DNA of 62,525 nucleotides from the NCBI GenBank assembly GCA_010356995.1, contig ML996711.1, positions 124,001-186,525 of the forward strand, written 5' to 3'. Source of the stretch: Trichodelitschia bisporula. Lineage: Eukaryota. The position numbers and the translations under genes were made by a program. The notes beneath the pieces were generated by a model. The model made no database searches. It was given only the letters and a program-made list of their open reading frames with translations, and was not told the DNA's origin. Positions 36,215 through 47,879 of this stretch are shown here, in pieces. Every line of letters starts with the position of its first letter. Positions within the stretch are counted from its first letter, which is position 1.

Positions 36215-37195
36215 CAGAACGGTTCCTTCGCGCCCTCCCACTTTCAACCCCGATATCCTCACTTTCCAAACCTGATGACGTCTTCTCCATCGCACCTCCG
36301 AGCGCTCCCAAGCTCTTTCTCTACCACCACCACAGCGTCTCACAAGGAAAATACCCACCCTTCCGCCCCAGGCAGCCTCTGGTTTCAACCACAAGGCATT
36401 TGAGGGATAGGATTATATGAACCTGTAGCCCAAGGGCCAGACGAAAAAGTCGTAAGCGCCCCCCTACCCGGCCGCCGCTTTTGCTGATCCATACGAACTG
36501 TAAACTGGGCGGGGGTACTCACTACGTTTTTCGTCTGATCCTTGACTCTTGCCGACCCTTATTATCCTGTTCCTCAAACGCTTTGTGGGTGTGACCGGAG
36601 GTATCGCCGTGGGTGTTGGGGATGAGGGTGGGCGGATGGTGGGAGTGCGGAGACGGGTGATGATGGCCTAAGTGCTGAGCGGGAAAGTGATGAGCGCCCT
36701 CCCACGGATGGTCTCTGCTTCTTAGTTAGCCAAAATCTTAGTCAAAGCTGGGTACAGGACAACCTTCTGAGGCGTTCATCATCTTTCCGCCCAGCCCTTG
36801 GATGGTTTGGTGGGGAGCGGATCGGGTGGGAGGTTTAGTACGAGGTAGATGCGTGGAGAGTAGTGTATGGTGCTGGCGAGAATGGCTGTGGTAGCAGTAA
36901 GGAAAGAGCTGAGAAGGCTCGGAGGAGCGAGGGAGAAGACGTGAAGCGGGGCGAGAGGGGCGGGTAAGGAGAGGGTAGATATAGGCGAATGAGTTCGGGT
37001 CGGAACCGCGGGGAAGGAGGCGGCTGGGCCCAAGTATGCTGGTGCTAGACTTAACGGCTGGCGTACGTCGTACAGCAGCATGGCTGTGCTATGTGATAGG
37101 CGTATTGCGTAGGACGGTTCCAAGTAGGTCGTACATTGTGCATACTTTGATGTGCAATCGACTACCACTTCAGACCGTAGGGATAAGAGCCATCC
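36215..37195. ncRNA. Candidate large structured non-coding RNA or foldback element (family unassigned)
   Basis: Nested imperfect inverted repeats: 36278-36336/36885-36942, 36376-36464/36511-36601, 36679-36701/36769-36790, and a hairpin at ~37080-37195. No convincing ORF. Confidence 0.5.
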
Positions 37196-37818
37196 AGGGG
37201 ACGGCGCATCTGTCTACTGGGCATGAGTCTTCTTTGGCTGCATAGGAGGAAAACAGGCGGACAAGGCGTGGAAATAAGCAAGCTAGTTGACTTGATGCGA
37301 ATAAATTGCAAGCCGTAGGAAGCATTTCGACGATACTACGGAGCGTAGCTTGGTGTTGCTAATGCCACAGTGAGGTGGGGGGTGTGCAACCACTTTTTCC
37401 CATGGTTTCCTTGAGAAGTGACGTCAACGATTGGGTGCAGCATCCAGTCCGACTGCAGTAGAGCCAGGAACGGGTGCCATGGTCGAAGCTCGACAACCAC
37501 CATATTATTATTCGCGGCCTCAACATCAGCAGGCCCCCGCCTTAGCTCTATACGTAGTACTTCTCTTTGCCTCTAAGGACGCGCATAGCCAACAATGCCT
37601 GCAGCTGCATCTCTATCTGCTCCTCGGTCTTTCCCTCGCTAAAGGCAGAAAAAGCCCAACGCCTCCCGTCGGCGCCACCGAGCAGCCAGCCAGCACACTC
37701 GAGTGAGGCTGAGCACGCTGCACCGTCTTGCCACTACAACACAACGCAATACAATGCCCTTCGGCCTCGAAACCATCATTCCAACGCGTATCGGCGGTCT
37801 CGTCCAACCCACCTCCTA

Positions 37819-39137
37819 ATGTCCCGTCACAATGACGACCCACCCGATTCCCTCGCAACCCTTGCGAAAGACGCACAGAACGTCATTTCCGCGCTCCGAG
37901 CCTCGCACAACCACATTTCCTGGCTACGGGATGCGCTCCGCCGCTCCCAACGGGATATATCAAGGGTGCTGGGGGCGTTGGAAGTGGAGCGGGGAAAGAG
38001 GCGTCCCGGACTGAGGAACAGGTCGCTAAGAGAGGCAGTGGAGACGGTGCTCGATGTCTGTGAGCGGCTGGATACATTTTTGTATGCGGAGGAAGGGAAG
38101 GGGAGTGGGGGTTGGTGGGATGGACTCTGGCGGAGGTTGAGGAGAAGAGGCCTGAGGAAGGAGCTTTTCAGGGCACGGGACGGGTTAGATGCCGCGGTTA
38201 TTGAAGCGCGCCTGTACGGATTCTCGTTGCTCGTAACACAACTTTGCTAACGCATTGCAGCCCACGCAAAACTCACCACTCCCGCAACCCATCTCAACCT
38301 CCTGCAGCGCGACCTACCGGCCCTCAACACCCGCAGCCTTCACGAACTACCCTCCCTTACACGCCCTCCGTCTCCGACCTCTCTCCCCCGGACGTGCATT
38401 CGTACGTCGAAAGCCTCAACTCCTCCGTCGCACAAGTGGCCCTCGACTCCCTTCCCCAACATCGCCGTGAACATCTCTTGCGCCTCCAGGCCGGCGCACC
38501 GCGAAGTAATCTGCGTGATTCTTCGGCGCCGTCGCGGCTCGAAAGTCATAATAGCGCCCCGGCCGGCTCGGCACTCAGCTCGCGGCAGGACTCGTTCTCG
38601 GGCTCGGTGACCGGGTCCGTGCTCTCGGGGCCCGACCGCTCTGCCCCGCACCGTCCTCGACGCCCAGAACCGCGGCTTCGGTCCGTGTCCGACGGACCGC
38701 GCAGCATTGCGGCGCATCAGGCAAGGCGAAATGAGCTGGGATCCATTCATGAGGACCATGGGCCGCCGCCGGCGGTGTATACGCACTCGAAGCCGTCGCT
38801 TGTGGATGTGGGGAGTTTGGCGGGGCTGGTGGAGCGGGATCGGGGGTTTAGATATGGATATCCGGCTGAGGAGGGGGTGACAAGGCTGAGTAGGAGTGGG
38901 TTTGATGGGAGTGGGGTTTGGAGTGGGTATTCTACTGTTACGGGGGTGACGGCGCAGACGTCGGTGTATGCGGAGCGGGAGGAAAGGAGGGGAGCGCCTG
39001 GAGGGAGGAGGGAGAGTCATGATTATGCGGAGAGAGGAGGGAGGCATAGGCGGTATGGGGAGTTGGAGAGGGAGGAGGAGGGAGGGAGGCGGAATGGGGA
39101 GGAGGAGAGGCGGAGGAGGAGAGTGCCTCGACGGTGA
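37819..39137 (+). CDS. Hypothetical protein: ~130-aa helical N-terminal domain plus Ser/Pro/Arg-rich disordered tail (2 exons)
   Basis: ATG at 37819; intron 38214-38260 (GTACGG...CTAAC...CAG) joins the two ORFs in frame. Confidence 0.65.
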
Positions 39138-40466
39138 TTTATGTGGCTTTTTTTTGCTTTTATCTAGACATATACCCTTCGGCTTGCAAGGCGCAGGGGC
39201 GCAATGATACAGGCTGCACTTTTCTCATCATGAAGTTCTCTTCAGTGGTTGAGGGATCCACGTGACTGCGTGGTGATGGGTGACGGCTGTTCCTCGCTCC
39301 TTCTTCGCCCTCTTTTCCCACCTCTCTGCTGCTTTTCCATCCTCAACATCACCATATCATGTCTCTTTGACAACTAGTGCTCAGCAGTGCCGTTGCAGGC
39401 CGTGAAATCCTGCTACCTTGGCTTCATATCGCCGACTCTGAAGCGTGGGGTCCCATTCCGGCTTTGGCGATCGTTCCTCTGCGCACTCCGTCAGCAATCT
39501 TCCCGTTCTGCATGAAGCACTACAAAGCATCTCTACGGACGATCGGAAGGAAGCTTTGCCAACGACATATCTGCAGCAGAGAAGTGCCGTCCAGCGATGT
39601 AACCAAGCTCTAACCCGCAATATCAGTGATAGCTTCCTACGTCCTGCTATTATTCCTACCCCAGTCTTAATGCCCAATATTAGCCGTCTCTCTCTCGTGT
39701 CGGCGACATCAATATCCATGAACCTTAACCGCCATTCCAATATGACCGGAAATGACTCGCATGCGGCGCAGCGCTTCCCCACATTCTGCTGGGTTCTGGT
39801 CGGCCGGAGAATTGCCATGTCATCGATTCCGGCAGATGTGCTCTAATGATCGGCTTTGCTTGATCAAATCCCAATGTGCCGCGGCCAAATCTGCGTGTAT
39901 TTGGGTGTGTGGAAGCAACAGGACCAAGACTTCGTGATGCGGAGCTTGGGCCTCGCAACGGCTCCCTCAGTTGAGATACCGGGGCGAACTTGATGGCTAA
40001 TATCGCAGCATGTTCCTCTAGGACGTGTGCATCTCGCCTCCACAATCTCGTCCCAGGGGGAATAGATGCCAACTCCACCTGATTCTACTAACAAAGTCCG
40101 GTAGCCTATAGACCGGGCCTGTGGCAGCAAGTCGACCGAATTTTGGGTTCAAGCCAGCTAAGTAGGATCGGTAGGGCTCGCACTGGCGAGTCTCTCGCAC
40201 CCAACATCTTTTTTTATCCGGCGGTACGCACTCTATCATAAACGACCCACGACCCTCATCCACAATATACGCCGCGAAAAAAGCCACCTGTGCGCGCCGC
40301 AGATCCACATCCGCCACTCCATCTCTTGCGGCGCGGACGTGCACGCTGTTGTTATTCTATAATGCTTCCTGGAGTGCGACGTTGGCTCCGCATCCTCCGC
40401 CTTGCGCGACCTACCATTTGAACGCGCTGTGTCACCAGCGGTATTCGTTGAACCAGATCCACAACG

Positions 40467-41538
40467 ATGCTTCTCTCCTTCATCCTCCAGCTCACGGCAC
40501 TCCTCGCCCTCGGCAATGCGCAGAGCGCACCGGGCAACGGTACGAAGCCCGCGCCGGCGGCGGGCGGGCTGGTATGGGGCAAGGCCACATCCAGTGCGTG
40601 TCCGGACTGCCAGGCCTATGACGTCTGCCGCGAGCAGCGGGGAAATTACCCAATGGTACGTCCACTGCGCCATTGCTGGGTGCCCTGCTAACCACCGCAG
40701 AACCAGCTCAGCCTGTGCGCGTGCATGAACCGCGAGGAGCAGAAGTGCTACGAAGAGGGAAAATGTCGCGCCGTGCCGATCAAGAAGGTAACTCCGCCGT
40801 CCTCCGCCGTCCTCCGGCCATGCTAACCGCCAGCGATGCTGCGATGGCTGCGTCCTAGGTCAAGGCTCGTCAGGACTCCTCAAGCCCCGCCAGGCACACA
40901 ACGCGCACGACGACCGGCCTACGCGCCCGAAGACCCCGGCTCCGAAACGGGCGACGTGTGGCAGTCGCGGCTTGCCGAATTGCCGCGCTGGTGAGCGCTG
41001 TATTCGTCTTCCCGGCGCGACGTGTGGCCCGGAGGCGGATTGCGGGGGGTACTGCGTTGCTGAGTGGAGGGGACATATTCTGACGAGCGATGCGGGGCTG
41101 GACGCGGAGCAGGACCAGCCGAAGGTGGATACGACCATCGTGGCCCGCGTCGCGGATCCATCCACCTCCATCGCCCGGCCCGCAGCCCAGGCCTGCTCGG
41201 CGACCCAGGCGTGTCCCGACGGAGGCGTGTGCACCGGCGGCACGTGCATGGGCAAGGCGTGCTTCATGCGCTCGCAGAAGGCGGAGGACCACTGCCCCGA
41301 TGGGCAGGTGTGCGTTCAGAGCTCGAAGAAGATGCTGGAAAACGGGCAGCCGCTTGTGCTGACGGATGTCCGGGGTCGGTGTGCGATGGCGAGTATGAAA
41401 TGTGGGACGAAGAAGCCTGGCGCGCCTGGACCGTGTAAGCAGGGCTGGTTTTGTGCGAGGCCGAATGGGGATCCGACGTTTCCGTGTCATTCGGAGGGGG
41501 ATAAGACTTGTGATGGACTTTGTATGATTTTTGGGTAG
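40467..41538 (+). CDS. Secreted cysteine-rich protein (3 exons)
   Basis: Signal peptide MLLSFILQLTALLALGNA. Introns 40656-40700 and 40788-40833 keep the frame. Several Cys modules, e.g. CGSRGLPNCRAGERC...CGPEADCGGYC. Confidence 0.8.
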
Positions 41539-42012
41539 GGTGTTGAGGAGATTTGGTACTTGTAGGACGATGGGAGCGGAGAGGGGGCTGGGTGCTGGGT
41601 TCCTGGCGACTGCAAGGCTATATGCCTTGCACATTACATTCTACTGAACATTTCTTTGCCGATTCCCGAGAGCTTATGTGTCTGAATACTCTCCATACGG
41701 ATGTAAACGCACCTCCATCCATAAGAGGCAACTCACAATCCCAATGTAAACTCCGACGGCCGCCCGCCTCGCTTAACCCCTTTCGGGGCAAGCGGCGACG
41801 TCATCCGGCGCCCAGCCACGCAGGGTCCAGTCCGCGCAGCCGAGTCCGGCCTCCGGGGGGAGGGGGTTCAGCAGCACGAAAAAAGAAAGGCGTAACGAGC
41901 ACATCGCCGTCACCGCTTTTACACGCCCCTTCTCAAAGAACAGACGATACCACGCCCAGCAATACGCGCACTCATCCTTATTCTACGATTTTTATCACAC
42001 AGCGAGCACTCA

Positions 42013-42725
42013 ATGCCCCCTTCAAAAGCGCCGCGCGTCTCGGGCGTGGGCTCCTCAGCCGCAGGCACAACTACAGGACACCAAGCGAGTGAGCCGGAGG
42101 ATTCACCGGCGCCTGTTTCGGGGAAGAAGGGAGTGAAGGAGGGCGCGAAGGGACGGAGGGCGGGTGCTGCGGGTGCTGGAGGGAGTGGGTTGAGGGAGGC
42201 GGTGCTTTCGAGTACGATTGGAGAGGGACGGGGGGGAGCGGGGGTAAGTCTTACTTTCTGAGAGAGAGAGAGAGAGAGAGAGTGCGTGTGTGTGTGCGTG
42301 TGGGTTGAGAATATGAGGCTAATGTGTGGGTGTTGTGTAGTTGGATTTCTCGACCGCGACGCCCGCCCTCCTTCACAAGTACCGCGCTGCGCATAAGCTT
42401 CCCGCACCGAGCGCGTATACGAATCCGCTTGGACATGCGATTTTGGGGATGGGGATTGGGCGGTTTTCGCCGACGGTTGCGGGGAGGGGGAGGGGGAAAC
42501 GGAGGGTGCCGAGGGAGGAGTTGGCGCAGGTGGTTAGGAAGCATGTGCGTGATGCGGCGGTGTCTGAGAATGAGGCTGTTGTGCAGATGTGTTATGTTGC
42601 GAGGTTTAAAGGTGAGTGGTCCTTGGGGAAGAGCGGCGGGCAGATGATACCTGCTGGTGCGAACAGTGCTGATGAGAGCAGATAAAGCGTTTCGACTCAA
42701 ATTTCCCGCCGGGAAGGGGAAGTAG
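42013..42725 (+). CDS. SAP30: SAP30 Sin3-binding domain protein (Rpd3L HDAC subunit; 3 exons)
   Basis: LDFS...LLHKYRAAHKL...GIGRFSPT...REELAQVVRKH...VSENEAVV...K|DKAFRLKF. Introns 42244-42340 and 42612-42681. Confidence 0.8.
42260..42301. repeat. (GA)n/(GT)n microsatellite in SAP30 intron 1
   Basis: gagaga... followed by gtgtgt. Confidence 0.9.
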
Positions 42726-44032
42726 CCTTTCGAGGGACACACGGCGTGGATGGGCACTCAACGCGAATGGACACAACGTCATGGAAGGAAGGATGGCGTG
42801 CTTCATACTCGACGGCATTCATTGGCGTTTATCGGATATCTCCTGCGGCGGAGCTGGACATGGGCACCGCGGGAGGGGAGGAGTAATGGGATATGGGTGT
42901 ACGTATTTTTGGATGTGGATACCACTCGGCTTCGGCGACACGGGGTTGTATGTACGGTTTTTGGCTTCGGGATTTGGAGATGGATACTTGTGCATTGCAC
43001 GGGGCGTAATGGATCTTTTCTTTCCACAGTCAATGTGCAAGCTTGCATGTGGGGCTGGGACGGGTGGAGGACTTATACTATGCTTCGGACGGGTGGGGCT
43101 GCGGCCGATAGGACCCTGATGGCGACTATCTTCGACGGGCACTTTAGCCATCTGGAGAGCCCGATGGACCTGAGGTGTCCATCTGTCATTATAACCATCT
43201 GTATTGGAATCCAACTTCATAGATGAGAACATAAACGCTGTGATATCCAGTAGGCACGGATAGCAGAACGGAGGCAGCACTTCCAGAACCGTCCCCTCTC
43301 TGGTGTCCGCATAGCAAATCTTGATACGACAATGACGCTTCGAATACGTCGCGTGAAAGCTCTAGTTCTAGACCTCTACATTTAGCCCCCCCAATACAGA
43401 CTGCATATCCTCATTGTCACTACACTCTTCAGCCCAACCACTCAAGTCTCCAACCCGCAATATGCACCCATCTCATTATCTCCGCGTCCCACCTCCACCC
43501 ACCTACAGTACTCGATCACTCACCACAGTCCTCGATGGCGCACATTCCTGCCCCTCTCTTCGCAAGGCTATCCCACACTAACCAACCAATCGCACACCTC
43601 GACCCAATGCAGGGTCCAATGCGGGGAGAGCCGCGATAGACGCGCGCCTACAGCGTCTGCCCCACATATAACGTGCACAATGCGGCCACTGTTCTCGGCC
43701 GTTTCAAACCGGATGTTTCGCAAACACCAAACAGGCCCGAAACGCCGCTACGCACGCAGACCCCGCATAGTTCGTGGAACTAGCCGGCTGTACGGTGCGA
43801 ATCGGACACTACGTTGCGGACGCCGAGGAGGTGGATTGGTGCGTCTGGGCCGAAGAGGTCTCAAGATAATGGTCGAGACCCCGGGATGGACACCTCCTCT
43901 TCTTCTTTCTCCCACTCCCGCCGTCCGATGCGGCGCTTCCGGCCGAGAGCGCGACTGCGATAGACGACCCGACACCCATCCCGTGCCGAGCGTGACGGGT
44001 GAAGGGGCCATGTGATCCCCAGAAGGGGGGGA

Positions 44033-44038
44033 TATAAA
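44033..44038 (+). promoter_or_regulatory. TATA box for the small secreted peptide gene
   Basis: TATAAA 110 bp upstream of the ATG at 44143, followed by a C/A-rich leader and a CAACATG start context. Confidence 0.6.
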
Positions 44039-44142
44039 CCATTGAACTCGCCATGGAAGGGACGGCACACTTCATCTACAAGCAAAACCCGCACTCTCCA
44101 CTCTCAAACAGCATACCTCACCTTCTTTCCTACTAAGTCAAC

Positions 44143-44409
44143 ATGCACGTCACACGCACCCTTCTGACCCTCATCCTGGCCACCCTCGGCACCACCAGCC
44201 CCCTCGCACGACCCGACGACGGACCCAGCAGCCACACCCACCCACCGCGGCATGAGCCGACGCCGACGGCTGTGCTCGCATTAGTGCCGCGCCGGGCGCA
44301 AGACATGCCGACTATGAGCCATCCGCCGGGACATACGGGTCCGATGCCGCGTAGGCAGGTGTCGAGTACTGTGGCTCATCCGCCGGGGCATACGGGGATG
44401 CCTATGTGA
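44143..44409 (+). CDS. Small secreted Kex2-processed repeat peptide precursor (KEP-like), 88 aa
   Basis: Hydrophobic signal peptide, two PRR dibasic sites, repeated HPPGHTG cores plus a degenerate HPPRH, TATA box and good start context. Confidence 0.75.
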   Translation: MHVTRTLLTLILATLGTTSPLARPDDGPSSHTHPPRHEPTPTAVLALVPRRAQDMPTMSHPPGHTGPMPRRQVSSTVAHPPGHTGMPM

Positions 44410-45365
44410 GGTGTTAGAGGGTAGGTGATCTGAGTTTGGTGGGGGCGAGGCTGACTAGCTGCAGGGTTTGATGTGATGGCGGATGTTGAGGGATGGGCGG
44501 TGGGCGAGGGCGGATGGCGGGGTGGGATGGAGGGGAAGTGGGAACTGATGTACGGATGTACAAAGGAGCCAGTCTGATGTGTATACTTGAGTTGAATAGC
44601 ATTTACTGTGTTGATGCCTTGTTTGCGGTGGTACTTTCATGATCCATTGCCATGCGGTTAGGCTGCACAAGGCCAAGCCGCTTGGACATTGGCCCAGCCG
44701 AGGACAATTGCTTGTGTCTGATGCTCATGCAGAGTTAGCAGGATGACGGTGCTCTCACTATAGACGGAAACAAGGCGTTGAGTGGCTCAAAGAAGGACGA
44801 AAGATTGAGCTACGTGCTACACTTGCATCAGTCGTAGGTTTATACATGAAGAGCGTGACAGCCAGCTGAATTGATTGAAGGAAACTCTCCCTCTAGAAGT
44901 ATTTAGTTGGGAGTCTGCACTGCAGTATTTTGACGTTGTCCGGTCGGCCTGAACTCTGAAGAGGGCGTTGTACATTCGCACATTCTCTCAATCATCATCC
45001 GGTGCTCCCTAAGTCAGCTCCTTGGACGGAAGAGTTTGAGCGAAGAAGAGTAACGCCATGAAAAGCTAGAACATAAGTATTTAGCATTTCAAAGAGCTGT
45101 GTCACACCTTATCGGAAACGCGGCAGAATCAATTGACGATGGTCAGAGTTGAGGTGTTGAAGTCAAGGTAGAATGTTCCAGCTCACTCCGGAACATTGAT
45201 AATCCGAGGCTTGGACATTTTTTCAAGCATCAGCTAGGATATGCGGCAGCATCGAGGCTTGCCCGCATCTGTGAACTGCCATTCTCCCGAATTCAAGGAC
45301 GATACTTTCCCTCCAACCCTCTATCGAATGTCAATCTATTCTCTACTCCCGAATTGCCCTCCAGT

Positions 45366-46981
45366 ATGAGTCTCGCAATCCCCAGCCTTCCCCTCATGGT
45401 CGCGCTTCCTCTCCGCCTCGCCGCCGTTACCAGATGCCGCCACTCTGACAACTTTTCCGCGCAATCCGCTCCATCGCAGCGCAGGAGAATAACAACAAAC
45501 ACAAGATGGAGGAGTGAGCCGGAGAGGCAGCACCGTTCTCCTCTCCGAAGTCGAGTAAGTTTTACCCCGCACTCTCCCGTTCATAATCCTAACAGCTCTA
45601 GTCCTTCCACTCCACCGCTCCCACCCGCGCCCCTCAGCAAGATCCCTATAAAGTCCTCGGCGTCGGTAAAGATGCCTCAGCTTCCGACATAAAACGTGCC
45701 TACTACGGCCTCGCCAAAAAGTACCACCCAGACACGAACAAAGACCCCGGCGCAAAGGATAAGTTCACCGAGGCCCAGACCGCATACGAGCTGCTCTCCG
45801 ACCCCGAGAAGAAGAAAATGTACGACCAGTACGGCGCCGCGGGCTTCGATCCCTCAGCCGGCGCCGGCGGCTTCCACCCCGGTGCGAACCCCTTCGCTGG
45901 CGGGGCAAACCCTTTCGCTGGGTTCGGCGGGCAGGCGGGGGGCTTCGGGGGTGGCTTCAACTTCGAGGACTTGTTCGGCGCGTTTGCAGGCGCTCAACAA
46001 CAGACAGGGCGGGGGAAGCGGGGCAGGCGGGGTGGCTTCGCGGAGGAGGTCTACGTCGGCGACAACATCGAGGTGCAGACGAACATCAGCTTCATGGAGG
46101 CGGCTAAGGGCGTGCGCAAGGACATCAATATCACGCCGCTGGTGCTGTGTCATACGTGCGAGGGTACTGGCTTGAAGAAGGGCGTCAAGCGGACTAAGTG
46201 CTCCAAGTGCGACGGCACGGGCACGCAGGTGCACTTTATGCAGGCTGGCTTCCAGATGGCGAGTACGTGTGGCGCGTGCGGTGGAGCCGGCATGTCGGTT
46301 CCGCGAGGCGGTGAGTGCGGCACGTGCTCGGGTGACGGCGTGGTGCGGCAGCGCAAGACGGTTACAGTGGACATTCCCGGCGGGGTGGAAGACGGCATGC
46401 GTTTGCGGGTCAGCGGCGAGGGCGACATGGCGCCGCTGGGCCAGGCGGGCGAAAATGCGCGGGGACAAAAGGGCGACCTTTACGTGTTCATTCGGGTTGC
46501 GCCCGACCCCAAGTTTGCGCGCAATGGCTCGGATATCCTGTACACGGCTTCCATTCCGTTCACTACGGCTGTGCTGGGCGGCGAGATGGAGGTGCCGACG
46601 CTGGATGGGAATATCAAGGTGCGTGTGCCGACGGGGACGGGGACGGGCGACAAGGTTACGCTCAGCGGCATGGGCATGACGAAGCTGAATCACCGGCGGG
46701 GAGCCAAGGGCGACTTGAAGGTGGAGTTCAAGGTGCAGATGCCGAAGTATCTGAGTGCGAATCAGCGGACGATTATGGAGATGATGGCGGAGGAGATGGG
46801 CGACAAGACGGCGAAACGCATCATGAACTTTGGGGCGCGAAATGAGGCGGACAAGAGCGGTGACCACAAGGGCGAGGGATTTCTGAAGCACATGTGGCAT
46901 AACCTGACGGGACAGCACGATAACGGCGAGGCCACGAAGGACGATTCGAAGAAGGGCGATGACGACAAGACGAAGAAGTAG
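45366..46981 (+). CDS. MDJ1: Mitochondrial DnaJ/Hsp40 co-chaperone (2 exons)
   Basis: Presequence ending R|SFHST, J-domain with HPD, G/F-rich region, four CxxCxGxG repeats. Intron 45555-45601. Confidence 0.93.
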
Positions 46982-47879
46982 AGCGCTGTATCATATTGTG
47001 GCATTGCTTGTGTGTTCCTGCATGGCGGGCGTTGGAGATATGGCATAGACACTGGCGGGCGACATCCCTACTCTTGAAGACGAGATGATGTATATACTCT
47101 GAAAACTGTACTTTGTATCCGAAGAGATCTTTCACATGAATGATCAGCCTCAAGTGGTACGTACTCGTAGTACTTGGAAATGCACAGCCCGCTTGATGAG
47201 AGGCGAAACCGGGCTTGACGGGCGCTTAAGGAGAGCCACTGGCCGTTTCTGCGACCAGCCAAGTCCCGTGTCTTGGCCCACGAGTCCAACGGCCCGCTGC
47301 GCTTCCCCCACCACTACTGAACCACTTGCCTAACATGCCTGACCACCAACCAACACCAACATCACCACAGCATTCGTAGCCTCAAGCTTGCACGAACAAC
47401 ACGGCAGTTGTCCGAGTAACTTGTGGTTGTCTGCTCTCGTCTCATCTCTCATCCGCTACGAGCACTACCCGCCTCGTTCACCAGCTACCCGCTCAGCTCG
47501 AACGGCGCCGTCACCCCGCCGCTCTCAACTCGCGCAGCAAACCAGCCATTATCACCCCTCCAGCTCGCTCCATCTAACCTTCTCAACACTATACTCGGCG
47601 CCTACAAAGCTCAGGCCTATCCTTGCCCCGTCACCACCTTCTCTCGCCCCTCTCTCCCACCCATACACCCCAGTTGCTCCAATAGACAACCCCCAAACAC
47701 CCTTGGCCTGAGCAACCCCGGACGGCCGCAACTAAGCGACCGTTCCGTGAACCTCGCGGCCTGCGGCCGGCATCCGATTCCCACGAGCAAGACGAGGCAG
47801 CAGCATCTTCGTCGTGCAGCTTCCATCGCAGCAACTCCCGTAGTCACCGCGCACCGCTGCGTGCCCCTCTCCCGCCATC

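Noticed and set aside
36272..36946. Hammerhead ribozyme core (CTGATGA + stem + TGAAG)
   Set aside because: The GAAA element and stems I/III do not fit the consensus.
36779..37168. 129-aa ORF ending KGWAER*, like the BRO1 C-terminus
   Set aside because: Similarity is limited to six residues and the ORF lies in the foldback region; treated as coincidence.
39240..40350. Coding-like minus-strand fragments
   Set aside because: Could not assemble a consistent exon structure or recognise a domain.
45169..45210. Heat-shock element upstream of MDJ1 (GAAtgTTC)
   Set aside because: Only two nGAAn units are in register; too weak to call.
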